From Mobula hypostoma (taxonomy: Eukaryota): a stretch of 64,000 nucleotides of DNA. Below are positions 37,659-51,100 of the stretch, one piece after another. The DNA is taken from NCBI RefSeq assembly GCF_963921235.1, contig NC_086105.1, positions 135,532,001 through 135,596,000 on the forward strand, read 5' to 3'. Within the stretch, counting starts at the first letter, position 1; each line of letters starts with the position of its first letter. The position numbers and the translations under genes are program-made. The notes beneath the pieces were generated by a model. The model was not told the DNA's origin and did not search any database. It saw only the letters and a list, made by a program, of their open reading frames with translations.

Positions 37659-39400
37659 CATTCAGTGGCCACTTTATTAGGTACACACACTTGTTAACGC
37701 AAATATCTAATCAGCCAACCATGGGGCAACTCAATGAATAAAAGCATGCAGATGTGGTCAAGAGGTTCAGTTGTTGTTCAGACCAAATAAGAGAAAGGGG
37801 GGAAAAATATGATCGAAGTGACTATGACCATAGAATAATTGTTGGTGCCAAATGGGCTGGTCTGAGTATCTCAGAAACTGCTGATCTCCTGGAATTTTCA
37901 TGTACAACAGGCTCTAAATTTTATAGTGAATGGTACAAAAAAACCCCCAAAAAAATCCAGTGAGTGGCTGTTCTTTGTTGGCAGAATCTCAGATGGAGAC
38001 GAGAGTGTGTACAGGAGTGAGATACACCAGCTAGTTGAGTGGTGTCACAGCAACAACCTGCAATCAACGCCAGTAAGACCAAAGAGCTGATTGTGGTCTT
38101 CAGAAAGGGCAAGATGAGGGAACACAAACCAATCCTCAGAGGGATCAGAAGCAGAGAGAGTGAGAAATTTCAAGTTCCTGGGTGTCAAGATCTCTGAGGA
38201 TCTAACTGGTCCCAATACATCAATGCAGTTATAAAGAAGGCAAGACAGAGATTATATTTCACTTGGAGATTGAGGAGAACTGGTTTGTCACTTAAATCAA
38301 ACTTCTAAAGTAGTACCATGGAAAGCATTCTGACAGGCTGGTATGGGGGTGGGGGGTGGTGCTATTGCACAGGATCAAAAAAAGCTACAAAGTTGTAAAA
38401 TTAGTCAGCTCTATCTTGAGTACCAGCCTCCATAGTATCCAAGACATCTTCAAGGAGCAGTGCCTCAGAAAGTTGTCTACTATCAAGGACCCCCATCACC
38501 CAGGACATGGCCTCTTCTCATTGTTACCATCAGGAATGAGGTACAGAAGCCTGAAGGCACACACTCAACGATTGAGGAACAGTTTTTTCCCCCCTCTGCT
38601 ATCCAGTTCCTAAATGGACATTGAACCCGTGAACACTATCTCACTTTTTAAAAAATATTATTTCTGTTTTTGCACTATATTAACTTAACTATTTAGTCAT
38701 ACTTTTATTGATCCCGAGGGAAATTGGGTTTCGTTACAGTTGCACCGATAGAGTATAAATATAGCTATATAAAACAATAATTAAATTATATTTATGGTCT
38801 ATAGGCTCAGGGTGTCTGACCCTCCAAGGGAGGAATTGTAAAGTTTGATGGCCACAGGCAGGAATGACTTCCTATGACGCTCAGTGTTGCATCTCGGTGG
38901 AATGAGCCTTGCTCAAGAACACAACATGTTGCCTCGGCTGGGGCTCAAACTCACGACCTTTAGGTCGCTAGTCCAATGCCTTAACCACTTGGCCACATGC
39001 CCACAGTTGCCATATGACATTCCAAATCCTGTAATATACATACTGACTGTAATTGATTTACTTATTAATATTTTTTCTATATTATGTATTACATTGTACT
39101 GCTGCTGCTAACTTAAACTTCACGACACATGCCGGTGAGATTGAACCTGATTCTGAGATTTAAAATGCCTTGCTCATGAGAGGTCAGAGGAGAATGGCCA
39201 GACTGGTTCAAGCTCACAGGAAGGCGGCAGCAACTGAAATAACCACACATTACAACAGTGGTGTGCAAAAGAGCATTTCTGAATGCACAACACATCGAAC
39301 CCGTGAAGTGGAAAGGCTATAGCAGAAGATCACAGCCATACGTACAGTGGCCACTTCATTAGGTACAGGAAGGAGGCAATTAATAAAGTGGCCATTGAGT
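37659..39400. mobile_element. Tc1-like element (same family) split by a Rex1/Babar LINE (about 37990-39160, +)
   Basis: TIRs cagtggccactttattag / taataaagtggccattgagt; internal sequence matches 34738-35266; insert encodes WCHSNNL.INASKTKELIV and KDPHHPGHGLFSLLPSG. Confidence 0.7.
38695..39005 (-). mobile_element. tRNA-head SINE with a Rex1-derived tail
   Basis: Minus strand A box tggccaagtgg, B-box-like gtttgagcc, then the same LINE 3' end as 6150-6410. Confidence 0.6.
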
Positions 39401-40289
39401 TAAAATCACCCTGTACTACCTGGAGATTCGTTTTCTTTGGCACTCACAGTAGAACAAAGAAATACAACAGAGTCACACAAAAGCTTACAAACAACCAATG
39501 CGCAAATAAACAAATACTGAGAACACAAGCTGTAGAGTCCTTTAAAGAGAGTCCATAAGTTGTAGAATCACATCCCACAGTATATTTTCTGCAGTAAATT
39601 TCAAATATATTCCTTCAATATCAAGGATTACATTTACTTTGAATGAGCCTTCCACCCATCACCATGTGAAGAAATTTCTTCCCACCTTTGTTTTATAACA
39701 GTCTTCAATTACTGCGAAAGCAAGATCAAGAGTAACATCCTCTTTATATCCAGTCAAGTAGCAATTTTACAAGTTTCAATGACATTTCCTTTCATTATTC
39801 TTAGTCTAGAAAAAACAAGCTCAGCTTACTCAATTATGAAGAGAACCTTCTCTCTATGTGAATTTTCACTCCCTTCATGACAAGAAAACCATCTTTTTTT
39901 TTAAAAAAAAAGTGTCTGGAGGCCAGAATAATGCTCTCTGCACTCCAGATGTCATCTCAACAAGGCTCTGTACAATTGCTTTCTCCTATACTGAAATACT
40001 TTCATAATAATGAAATCATGTAGAACTAAGTGATCAGCAAAAGAACCAAAATAGGATTTAAAACAAAAATCCACTACAAATGGTAATGCGCTGGTGGAGG
40101 CAGATTCAAAGCCATAAGTGTGCAAGACCAGTTGATTTTTTCTTACATGTAATATTTTGTATTTCTGCTTTGGAAATTTGGCAATGCTTCATGCTACATT
40201 ATTTCATTTTAAAAGGTATGATAAAGTTTGAAACCTTAAAAAAAATAAGACAATTATGTTACCAGTACTGACTTACCTACAGCGATATA

Positions 40290-40856
40290 CGAGGGGTGAT
40301 TGATAAGTTCGTGGCGTAAAGTAGATGTCAATTTTAGAAAACCCAGCACATTTACTTTTCCTACATTTTCTTAGTCCAGCCGTGGTGGAGCATACGGATC
40401 CCTTCTTTGTAGGAGTGGTCCACAGCAGGGGTGATTGATAAGTTCCTGGCCTAAGGTAGAAGGAGATGAGTTATTAACTTCAAACTTTCTGCATTATCAC
40501 TCAAAGAGTTGAACTACACGTGCATATAATGAGAGCGTCTCCCCAGGTGGTCCACAGCAGGGGTGATTGATAAGTTCGTGGCGTAAGGTAGAAGGAGTTA
40601 AGTTATACAGCTCTCGTTACATGTAGGTGCAGTTCAACTGAGTGAAATCTGCTCACCTACTTTAGGGCACGAACTTATCAATCACTCCTGCTGTGGACCA
40701 CTTCAGGAGGTCCAAGACGCAGACTTTTACAAAGAAGGGATCTGTCTGCTGCACGACCGCTGGACTAAGTGTGTAAATGTAGGAAAAATAAATGTGCTAG
40801 GTTTTCTAAAATTGACTTCTTTTATCTTAGGTCACGAACTTACCAATCACCCCTCA
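40290..40856. mobile_element. Mariner-derived foldback MITE
   Basis: TA TSD; TIR cgaggggtgattgataagttcgtg / cacgaacttaccaatcacccctca; mariner C-terminus DFYKEGICLLHDRWTKCVNVG at 40722. Confidence 0.85.
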
Positions 40857-41801
40857 TACAACTAGCAAATTCTGAAGTACACTCTCAATTTGATAAGCAT
40901 TAGACCTGTGTTTTCTTGGAATCACGTTTAATTTCACAAACAAGCAAACCAAAACTTCAACGTCACGGGCCATCCTGGCCAGGCATCAACGTGCCCTCGT
41001 TACCGAGAACAGTAGGGTCACGTATTTCATTGCGTTACAAGGACAAGTTAATCAGTAAATGTACAGATATTTTAATATACAACAAAGCGATTACTTGAGT
41101 AGATGTATATCACGCTCACATAAATTGGGACGTTTCTCTCTTAAAGCACAAGATTGGAAAGGGAAAGCGTCTATTATTGTAATTACGTTGCGCAGTTCGT
41201 TTGCACAGCATTTGTTTGCTGGTGACTTTGCGTTGCAACAAAAACTCAGCCCCAGCAAAAGACCCAGCCAGCCACATCCCACCCCTACAGCAAATCAAAT
41301 GGCGGGCGGGGTATCTACCTCAAGTTGATCAGCAGGGCGAACCCAATCACTGCTGTTTCTACCAAACTGGTAGTGGGGCGGCGGGGGTCGGTACTGTTGT
41401 GACAAGCAGTACACTAGCCCTTGGAAAGGGAGACCAGCGCTTCGCAGAAAGGAATCACCGCCCTGAGGGTTGGGCGAGGACTGGGGAAGAAATGAGGCGC
41501 GGCATCGAGGAAGGGAATGGAGGAAGTTGAGGTCGTTAGAGGGCGAAGTCGAAACCTAGGGTGAGCGGGGCTGATGAGGTGAGGCACTGGGCAGCGAGTG
41601 GGGGCAAACAGCCGGGGTGGGACGAGCCAGCTCCGGACCCGCAGGCCTCAGGCCAAAAGGGCCACCGTTCCCCACCAACCTCCCACGTTCCGGTCACTGC
41701 CCGTGCCCGACAGTCACCCACCTGGGTTAATAACCCGACATTCGCCACATGCGAATAGAAGCCGCACAGCTCCCAGCCAAGGCTCGACCACCCCCACTCA
41801 C

Positions 41802-41960
41802 TGTTTTTATTGTGCATGGAGCAGCCCCCCCTCCCTTTCAACCACACGAGTCCCCGCCCCGTCACACCGAGAGGTCTTTCCTATACGTCCACTCGAACAG
41901 TCGTCACTGCCATCTGCTCGGTGAGTGGACAGGGTGCACGTCAATCGTGCCGCATTGACA
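41802..41960 (-). other. SPSB3: Probable non-coding first exon of SPSB3 (5' end approximate)
   Basis: Minus-strand donor ACA|gtgagt at 41801 inside the CpG island; the ATG exon has an acceptor 14-19 nt upstream of its ATG, so an upstream UTR exon is expected. Confidence 0.5.
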
Positions 41961-42086
41961 GCCCGTCAAGGTTTGATGCCGGAACAGCTCGGTCTGAGGT
42001 GGCAGTGTGCGTGCCCGCCGCCGCGACGTGACGTCACACCGCGGGTGACGGGTCACGCGCACGTACACGGCGGAGAAGCGGGCAAC

Positions 42087-42102
42087 ATGGAGGCGGCGGA
42101 AG
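42087..42102 (+). CDS. NUBP2: NUBP2 coding exon 1
   Basis: caacATGG Kozak context, MEAAE G|gtaaaa. Confidence 0.88.
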
Positions 42103-45100
42103 GTAAAAACTTATCCAGAACGGGGAATATGAGGTTTCCTCTGGGGGCAGGGACTGCCATAGATAGGAACGCTCACTACGATTAATGGTAGCTGCTTGCC
42201 GAACCTATAGTAGGCTTCTTCCCTGCGACCCTTCCCGGTTTTAGTTGGGAGTTAAGGCCCATGTGCCACACACTGACCGGCACCATGATGATTTGTATTA
42301 TGTTACTGTAGCTGCTGCGCGGTTTTATGTTTGAACATTTGTCATATCCAGATAGGAGAGTTCATGCTTTTAAATTGAAAGTCATTGGTTGAGTAAAAAA
42401 ATCTCACATGCAATGGAACGTACTTGTACTTTGGTACTTTATAAACTTCAGTAGCGATATTAGTCAATACCACTTCCAAACAACAGGAATTCTGCAGATG
42501 CTGGAAATTCAAGCAACACACATCAAAGTTGCTGGTGAACGCAGCAGGCCAGGCAGCATCTCTAGGAAGAGGTACAGTCGACGTTTCAGGCCGAGACCCT
42601 TCGTCAGGACTAACTGAAGGAAGAGTGAGTAAGAGATTTGAAAGGGGGAGGGGGAGATTTTGGAAACTTTCAAATCTCTTACTCACTCTTCCTTCAGTTA
42701 GTCCTGACGAAGGGTCTCAGCCTGAAGTGTCGACTGTACCTCTTCCTAGAGATACTGAATACCACTTCCACCTGTTTGTATAAAGTCTACTGCTGATTAT
42801 GCCCTCACCTGCATCGCCTATATTTTTCCAGACAAATGTGCTCACTCCATTATCCCAACGCCTAAACAGAAAGAGTTCCTCTTGTTCTTACCTACCACCT
42901 TATCATCCTCCGCAAATTCTATCTTCTCCAGAGGGATCCTACCACCAAGCACATCTTTACCTCCCTTCCACTCTCCACTTTCTGCCAAGATCGCTCCCTC
43001 CATGATTCCTTTGTCCATTCGTTCCTTCCCACTAATCTCCCTCTTCGGGGATTATCTATGCAAGTGGCCAAAGTGCTACGCCTGCCCATACATGTTCCTC
43101 GCCTCCATTCAGGGTCCCAAACATTCCTTCCAGATGACGCACCACCTCACCTGTGAAAGATCATCTATTGTATCTGGTGCTCCCAATGCGGCCTCCTCTA
43201 CATTGGTCGTAAATTGGGGTACCGCTTTCTTGAGCACCTCCGCTCTGTCTGCAAAAAGTGTAATTTCCCCAGTGGCCAACCATTTTAATTTCTATTCCCA
43301 TCCTGTTCTGACATGTCGGACCATGGCTTCCTCTTGTGCCACGATGAGATCACTCTCAGGGCCGAAGAACAGCACCTCATATTCCGTCTGGGTAGCCTGC
43401 AAACTGATGGCAAGATCATCCTTTTCTTCTGTCAGTAATTTTTTTCCCTTCCCCCCTCCTCACTTGTTCTATTCCCCACTCTGGCCTCTTACCTCGTTAT
43501 GCCTCCCCCCCGGTGTCCTTCCATCTTCTCATTGTGCCATGGTCCGTTCTCCTCTCCTTTCAGATTCCTTCCTCTCCAGACCAAAACCTTTTCCACCCAC
43601 TTAGCTTCACCTAGCTATCCTCCTTCCCCTCCCCCCTCCGCCTTTTTATTCTGGCATCTTCCCCCTTCCTTTCCAGGCTTGAAGAAGAGTCTCAACCCAA
43701 AACATTGACTAAATTAATTTCCATAGATGCTGGCTGACCAGCATTTTGTGTGTGTGTTACTTTGTATAAAGTACACCTGAATGTAAAAGCAGGCTAGGGG
43801 AAATGAGAAGCCTACACTGTAGCTTGGAATTTCTGACCAGGTTAAGCCTGTTCATGCATGGAATTGCCATACTCCAATCATGGAATTGGATATAATTCAG
43901 TGCAGAACATTTGCCTCATCTCCTCCAACTCCAGCCCTGACTTCATTTATGGCTGCTCCAAACAGGCTGGCTTCATCTTTCAAGAGTATTCACATTTCTT
44001 CTCTTGGATGTTCTGAAAGCTTCATTTAATAACTTTAAGATATTTCTCATTTGCCTTGTTTTGCCATGATATTACCTGTTCATAGATGATACAGTCCAAC
44101 AAAGTGAGTGCCATGTTAGTCAATTGTACTGATTAAAAATCTGCGCTAAAAGTCTGTTGACAAGCTGAACAGTGAAAGCTGTTCCTATTTATCAATTAAA
44201 AATGGTGCCATTTAGGCCATCAGCTTGATTATCATCTCAGGGATAGTTTTATATGCTTAATATTACCACATGATCTCTTGATGTTTCATCCTTGGTCAGA
44301 TCAGTTGCAATTTAGAGGTGGCTATATTTACAATACTGGTTGGATTGCATTGGGGGTGGAGTTTACAATTGGATCTGGCTTGTTAGTCTTGGTTGTTTCA
44401 TACTTTACAAGACTTCAAATACTTACAATATGTCAGCAAAATGTTGCCCATTAACTTTGTTTTGGGCTTTCGGTTCTAGTTTTGTTTTCCCTCTCCTATC
44501 CTGTCTATTTCTGTTCCTGATGTAGGGTGTTTTCAACTGTATATTTTAAATTTTAAAGAGATGTACACATAATGGTGCATGTCCTGGTTATGTGACCCCT
44601 GAAACCAGGCAGACAATCTGTGAAGAGTATCGATAATGGCTGGGGTCACCTGTCTTGTAAAGACACTGCCCAGAAGAAGGCAATGGCAAACCACTTCTGT
44701 AGGAAAAAATAGCCAAGAGCAATCACGGTCAAGCCCACGATCGCCCATGCAGCACGGCACATAACAAGCAAACAAACACTATCCTTCTTTGCAAATACTG
44801 ATTGATATTTCCAACATCTTCTACTTTCATTATTTCAGATCTAGGCACACTGAACTGTACAGCCCTTGGGGCAAATAGCATTTCAGCTACTCTTGCTGTC
44901 CTTGGTTAGGAATCTGGCTGGATCTCTATTGGGTGGTACGGTAGTATAACACTTAGCAAGACCCGAGTTCAATTCCACTGTTGTCTGTGAGGAGTTTGTA
45001 TGTTCCCCTGTGCCCACATGGGTTTCCTCTGGGTGCTCCAGTTTCCTCCCACATTCCAAAGACGTACAGGTTAGTACATTAATTGGTCACATGGGTGTAA

Positions 45101-48100
45101 TTGGGCGTTGTAGGCTTGTTGGACCAGAATAACCCATTACCATGTTGTATCTCTAAATAATAAAAATAACATGCCCCACATATCTCTTTTACTCTTTCAG
45201 CTTAAATGCATTGCCTCTAGTACATGGTATTGTAGGGTAATGTAATGGGTGAAAACATATACATAATTCACAACCACCAACATTGATTTGGGGTTCACTT
45301 TAAGAGGTTGGTCTGGTGTGATGATGTAATTACGTGAAGATTTGCTTTATGTTATGTGTTTGATTGACAAAAAAGGTGTTATTACGGTTTCCCTTAAACT
45401 TAAAACTACAAAAACCTACAATATTGCCTGGACATGGGCAGATCTGCCCTGAGATTTTTCAAAAGTAGAGGTATACAGCATCGAAACAGGTAGACACCAA
45501 CATACTTACACTATATTTTGCTTCTGAAAATTCTAGATTGAATATCAATCCAGAAAAGATAAAATGTTTGATTCTGCATAAAATATTTGAATAGATTTAT
45601 TAGGCTGTAAACCTGTTCACGTTCTCACCAGGAGGGGGAGATTTCTTATTTAAATACTGCACCGTATGTACTTTTGGTGTCATAGTCATGAAATACACAT
45701 GGGGCTAAATGTTACTAAGCTACTGGAATTACTATACGCACATTTATCTTGCACACTAGGCTAAGTCTTGACCTGTTTCTTTATTTAATCAAGTGCTTTA
45801 ATTTTTCACAAAGATAACCTGGGATCTGTTGATCATATTCTGCTGGTTCTGTCTGGCAAAGGAGGAGTAGGAAAAAGCACCATAACAACAGAATTAGCAC
45901 TAGCGCTGAGGAATGCAGGGAAAAAGGTAAGGAGATTTAAATTAAGATAAAAGCAATGTAATGAATGTTCTACTGAAAACTCAGCCATGCTGGACAATCG
46001 TAATCTTGTCTGTGAAATTTGGAATAAAAAATGGCAGATACTGGAAATTTGAAACAGAAACAGAAAATGCTGGAAATGCTTAGTAGGTAGAAAGAGAAAC
46101 AGTTGACGTTTCAGTTCAAGGACCAGAATTGGGAAGGAGAAAAAATGTCAGTTTTAAAGTGCAGAGTGGAAGAGGGTTTGATAAGTCAAATGGTGTAAAG
46201 GCAATGTTTCCTTGGGATAAGATGTTTAAGTGAACCTGGATGGTATGCTGATGGGAGCTATTAGATAAAGAGAACATAAAGGAACCGAAGAATTGGTAGA
46301 AGAGGCCGGTTGGAGAGTGACAACACCAGAACTAGCTGTACAGCTGGGAATTGTAGAGCTGGAGGGAAATGCCCAGTAGATCAGGGCATTCTTGTGGAGA
46401 GAAGAAAATGAGCCAGTAACACACTCCACTTCCTTAACTTTTCAGTCCACCAGTCTCTATGTTCATCAGATTTTTGGAACATAGAACAGTACAGCACAGG
46501 AGTTGGCCATTTGGCCCACAAGGTTGTTCCAAGCCAAATAAGTTAATATTCAAATAGCCGACGTAACTAATCCCTTATATCTACACAATATCCATATCCT
46601 TCCATTTTCCTCACATTCATGTGCCTATCTAAATGTCTCTTAAAAGTCCTTAATATATCGGCCTCTACCACCACCCCAGGCAGTGCATTCTAAGGAACCG
46701 CCACTCTCTATATAAAATGAAAACTTGCCCTTCTCGTCTCCTTTGAAATTACCCTCTCTCACCTTAATGCTGTCTGATATTAGACTTTTCAATCCTGGAA
46801 AAAAAGACACTGTGCTTTTCATAATCATATAAACCTCTATCAGATCTCCCCTCAGCCTCCGCAGTTCCAGAGAAAACAACCCAGGTTTGTCCAGCCTCTT
46901 GTTATAAAACATCTTGTCCAACCACTTGTTATAAAGCATGGCCTGTAATCCAGACAGCATTCTGGTAAACCTCTCCTGCATCCTCTCAAAAAGCCTCGAC
47001 ATTCTTCCTACACTGAGGCGACTAAAACTGTATGCAGTACTCCAGATGTAGCACAGCCAGAGTTTTATAAAACTGCAACATAGGTTCCTGACTTGTAATG
47101 CCTCAACTAATAAAGGCAAGCATGTCATATGTCTTCTTAACCGCCCCATCAACCTGTGTAGCCACCGTTGGGGAGCTAGAAACTTGGATCTCAAGATCCC
47201 TCTGCTCATCAACACTGTTAAGGGTCTTGCCCTTAACAGTGTACTGTTTCTTTATATTCTGCCTATTAAGGTGCAACACTTCACATTGACCTTCACATAG
47301 GTTAAACTCCATCGACCATTTCTCCACACACATCTGTAACTGATCAGTATTCTTTGCCAGTCATTTATGCTATCCACATACCACCAATCTTTGTATCATC
47401 TGCAAATTAACTAATCCACCTATGTGCTGTACATATTCATTCAGGTCATTTATATAGATCACAAATAGCAGAGGTCCCAGTACAAATCCCTACGAAACAT
47501 CACAATCAGGGACCTCCAGATAGATTAAGTCCCTTCAACCTCTACCCTCTGTCTTCTATGAGCAAGCCAGTTCTGAATCCAAACGGCAAATTCGCCATGG
47601 ATCCCATCATCTTAATCTTCTGGATGAGCCTCCCATGGTCAATTAAGGGTAAAAAGTTAATCTTAAATAAATCTTTGTGTTTACAAGTAATTTTAATCCC
47701 AAGATATGAAAAATAATTATTAATCAATTTAAACAGAAAGTTATGATATAAGGGAAGTTGTTTATTAATCGGGAAAAGTTCACTCTTACTAAGATTTAAT
47801 TTATAACCTGAAAAGAGACTAAATTGTGCTAATAACTCTAAAACAGCAGGGATGGATTTTTGAGGATTAGAAATATATAAAAGTAAGTCATCAGCATAGA
47901 GTGATATTTTATGGAACTTTAAGCCCCGAGTTATCCCAGTAATATTTGGAGATTCTCGAATGGCAATTGCAAGAGGTTCTAATGCAATATCAAATAATAA
48001 AGGACTAAGAGGACAACCTTGTCGAGTACTTCGAAAAAAGAGGGAAAAAAGGTGAGCTTAGAGAGTTAGTACGGACCGAGGCCACAGGAGAATGATATAA

Positions 48101-51100
48101 CAGTTTGATCCAGGATATAAATTTCGAGCTAAAATTAAACATTTCAAGCACCTTAAATAAGTAAGGCCATTCTACTCTATCAAAAGCTTTCTCAGCATCT
48201 AAAGAGATAACACACTCAGGAACATTTTGTAAGGGGGGATAAACAATATTTAACAGTGTGCGAATGTTATAAAAAGAGTAACGACCTTTAATAAAACCCG
48301 TTTGGTCTTCTGAAATAATAAAAGGAAGTACTTTTTCTAATCTGTTTGCTAATAACTTAGAAAAAATTTTAGAGTCAACATTTAATAAAGATATTGGTCT
48401 ATAAGATGCACATTGAGCAGGATCTTTATCCTTCTTTAATATTAGAGAAATTGACGCTCTATTGAAAGATTCGGGAAGTTTACCAAGTTTTAATGAAGCC
48501 TCGAAAACCCTACAGAACCAAGGGATTAATGAAGGTGCAAAACATTTATAAAATTGTACGGTAAACCCATCAGGGCCAGGAGCTTTCCCCAGGTTCATAG
48601 AGGAAATAACATTCTTAATCTCATCAGTGGTAATGGGAGTATCTAGCATAGAAGACATATCCTGTGAAATCTCAGGGAAGTCTAGGTTATCTAAAAAATC
48701 ATTCATATATTTAGAGTCTTGAGGAGACTGATTGATATAAGGAAGAATAAAAATCAAAGAAAGTTTCATTAATCCCCGCATGATCAAGTATCAGTCGGTC
48801 ATTTTGATTATAAATCTGATTAATTTGAGATTTAGCATAATTAGACTTCAATTGGTTAGCCAACAGTTTGCCAATTTTGTCACTGTGTACATAAAATTCA
48901 CTTCTTGTTTTCTTTAATTGGGTTACAATCGAGGACGAAAGTAATAAACTGTGTTCCATTTGAAGTTCAGTTCTTTGTTTATATAACTCCTCAGAGGGAG
49001 CTGTAACATATTTCTTATCAATTTCCTTAATCTTGTCCACAATTACCAACTCCTCCTGCTTCAGCTTCTTCCTCAAAGCAGCAGAATACGAGATAATCTG
49101 ACCACGAATATAAGCTTTAAAAGTATCCCAAAGAATGTTCACAGAAATATCCTCTGTATAGTTGATTGTAAAAAAAAAGATCAATCTGTTCATTCATAAA
49201 GTTAACAAAGTCCGAGTCCTGAAGCAACAGCGAATTAAAACGCCATTGTCTATTATTTTGTGTATTGGCCTGAATTTTAATAGAAAGCTTAAGTGGTGCA
49301 TGATCCGAAATGGTTATAGAGTCATAATCACATTTAATCACTGAAGAAATAAGACGAGAGTCAATAAAGAAATAATCAATTCTTGAATAGGAATGGTGAA
49401 CATGTGAAAAAAAAGAAAAATCTTTTTCCTGAGGATGCAGAAAACGCCAAATGTCCGTCGACCCAGAGTCAGAGAGGAATGAATTAATCAAAGTTGCAGA
49501 TTTATTAGGTAAGGTCCGTAGAGGAGCCGAACGGTCCAAAGCTGGAGATAAACAGGTGTTAAGATCTCCGCCCCAGATCAATGAAAACTCATTCAAATTC
49601 GGGAACTGATTAAATAATGATTTATAAAATTCCGGACAGTCCATATTGGGAGCATAAACATTAACCAAAACTACCTTTTTATTAAATAGTAGACCACTAA
49701 CCAGTAGAAATCTACCATTCGGATCAGAAATAATATCATGTTGTATAAAAGTAACTGAGGAGTCTATAAAAATAGAGACGCCTCGAATCTTAGCGTTAGA
49801 GTTCGAATGGAACTGTTGTTTCTTCCAGAATTTAAAAAAACGTAGTCTGTTCCCCCTCCGCACATGGGTCTCTTGTAAAAATATAATTTGTGCTTTAAGT
49901 CTCCGGAACACTTTAAAAACTTTTTTCCTTTTAATAGGATGGTTAAGACCATTAGTATTCCAGGAGACAAAATTAATAATAGACTCCATAAACCCTAAAG
50001 TCAACCCGCAACAAGGAGGATTGACAATAGGCTCGACCCACGAACCCGGAAAGGGAACAAAACAAATAAGAGATACCGGGAAGGAGAACGCAACCAATAC
50101 TTCAATAGTATACATAGCCCAAAAAGAAAAAAACTAAAACGTGAAGCCCCTCCCACCACCCCCCACCCCATGACCCCAAGGCTAAATCTAACACAGACCA
50201 GCCAGAAAGAAGCAAGCACTAAAACTATCCCCATCATTTCTGATAGACACTCCCTTAAAAAAAAGTGTAAATATAAAAAAGATCAGCTAGTTATAAAACA
50301 GTAAAAGAATAAAAAAAGTAAATCAATTAAAACAAACACTTAATATAACAGAGAAAAAGCCAGAAAATATAAAACAAACCGCAACAAACCCCAGACCCTA
50401 TGAATAAACAAAAAAAGAAATAAAATTATTAACATAAACTAGTTATGAAAACCTACAAAAAAAGTAGATTTAAAAACTACAAAATTTAAAGCCTCAAAGG
50501 AAATACGTAGAATGACGCTGAGGGAATAACCACCCAGAATCCCCTGGGAAAAAGAAAGGAATGACGCAGATAGAAAGAAAGTTAGAAAATTTAAAGATAG
50601 TTAGAGATAGTTAAAAATTACGATTAAGATGTTGAAGGTGAAAATTGATCCAGATAACTCTGGGCATCCGATGGAAATTCAAAAAAACGAAGGGCTCCAT
50701 CCAATGTACGAATCCTTAGACGTGCTGGGTAAAGCAGCGCTGGTTTTAAATCCATCTTGTAGAGTCCTGACATCACAGATCTATAATGAATCTGTTGATC
50801 CCGAATTGGTTTACTGAAATCCTCCACGAATCGGAACTTAAGATCCAAAAAATCAATGTAACCTTTAGATCAAACGAAACAGTTTCTCCTTGTCTTGAAA
50901 GTGATGAAAACGTAAGATGACATGTCGAGGTTTATCTGACTTAGACGAGTATGATGGAACTCTGTGAACACGATCCAATAACGGTGGTTGGTCAGGAAAT
51001 ACAGTAGGAAATGCATCTTTTAAAAGTTGAGAAAAATACTTCATAGGGTTAGAAGATTCGACAGCTTCATGCACCCCAATCATTCGAAGATTCTGCCGTC

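Larger units (their letters stand above)
41290..42330. promoter_or_regulatory. CpG island / bidirectional promoter of SPSB3 and NUBP2
   Basis: GC- and CpG-rich island in AT-rich surroundings between divergent genes; CRE palindrome GTGACGTCAC at 42028-42037, GC boxes, YY1-like CAAATGGCGG at 41296. Confidence 0.8.

Noticed and set aside
38905-39005. Genuine tRNA gene
   Set aside because: Degenerate B box and continuation into SINE body and LINE tail; it is a SINE head.
40290-40856. Spaced repeats as a CRISPR-like array
   Set aside because: Eukaryotic context; repeats occur in both orientations and are mariner TIRs with a TA TSD.
41059-42185. Several overlapping 60-110 aa ORFs in the CpG island
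   Set aside because: Stop-poor GC-rich DNA with no recognisable homology apart from the 16-nt NUBP2 exon 1.
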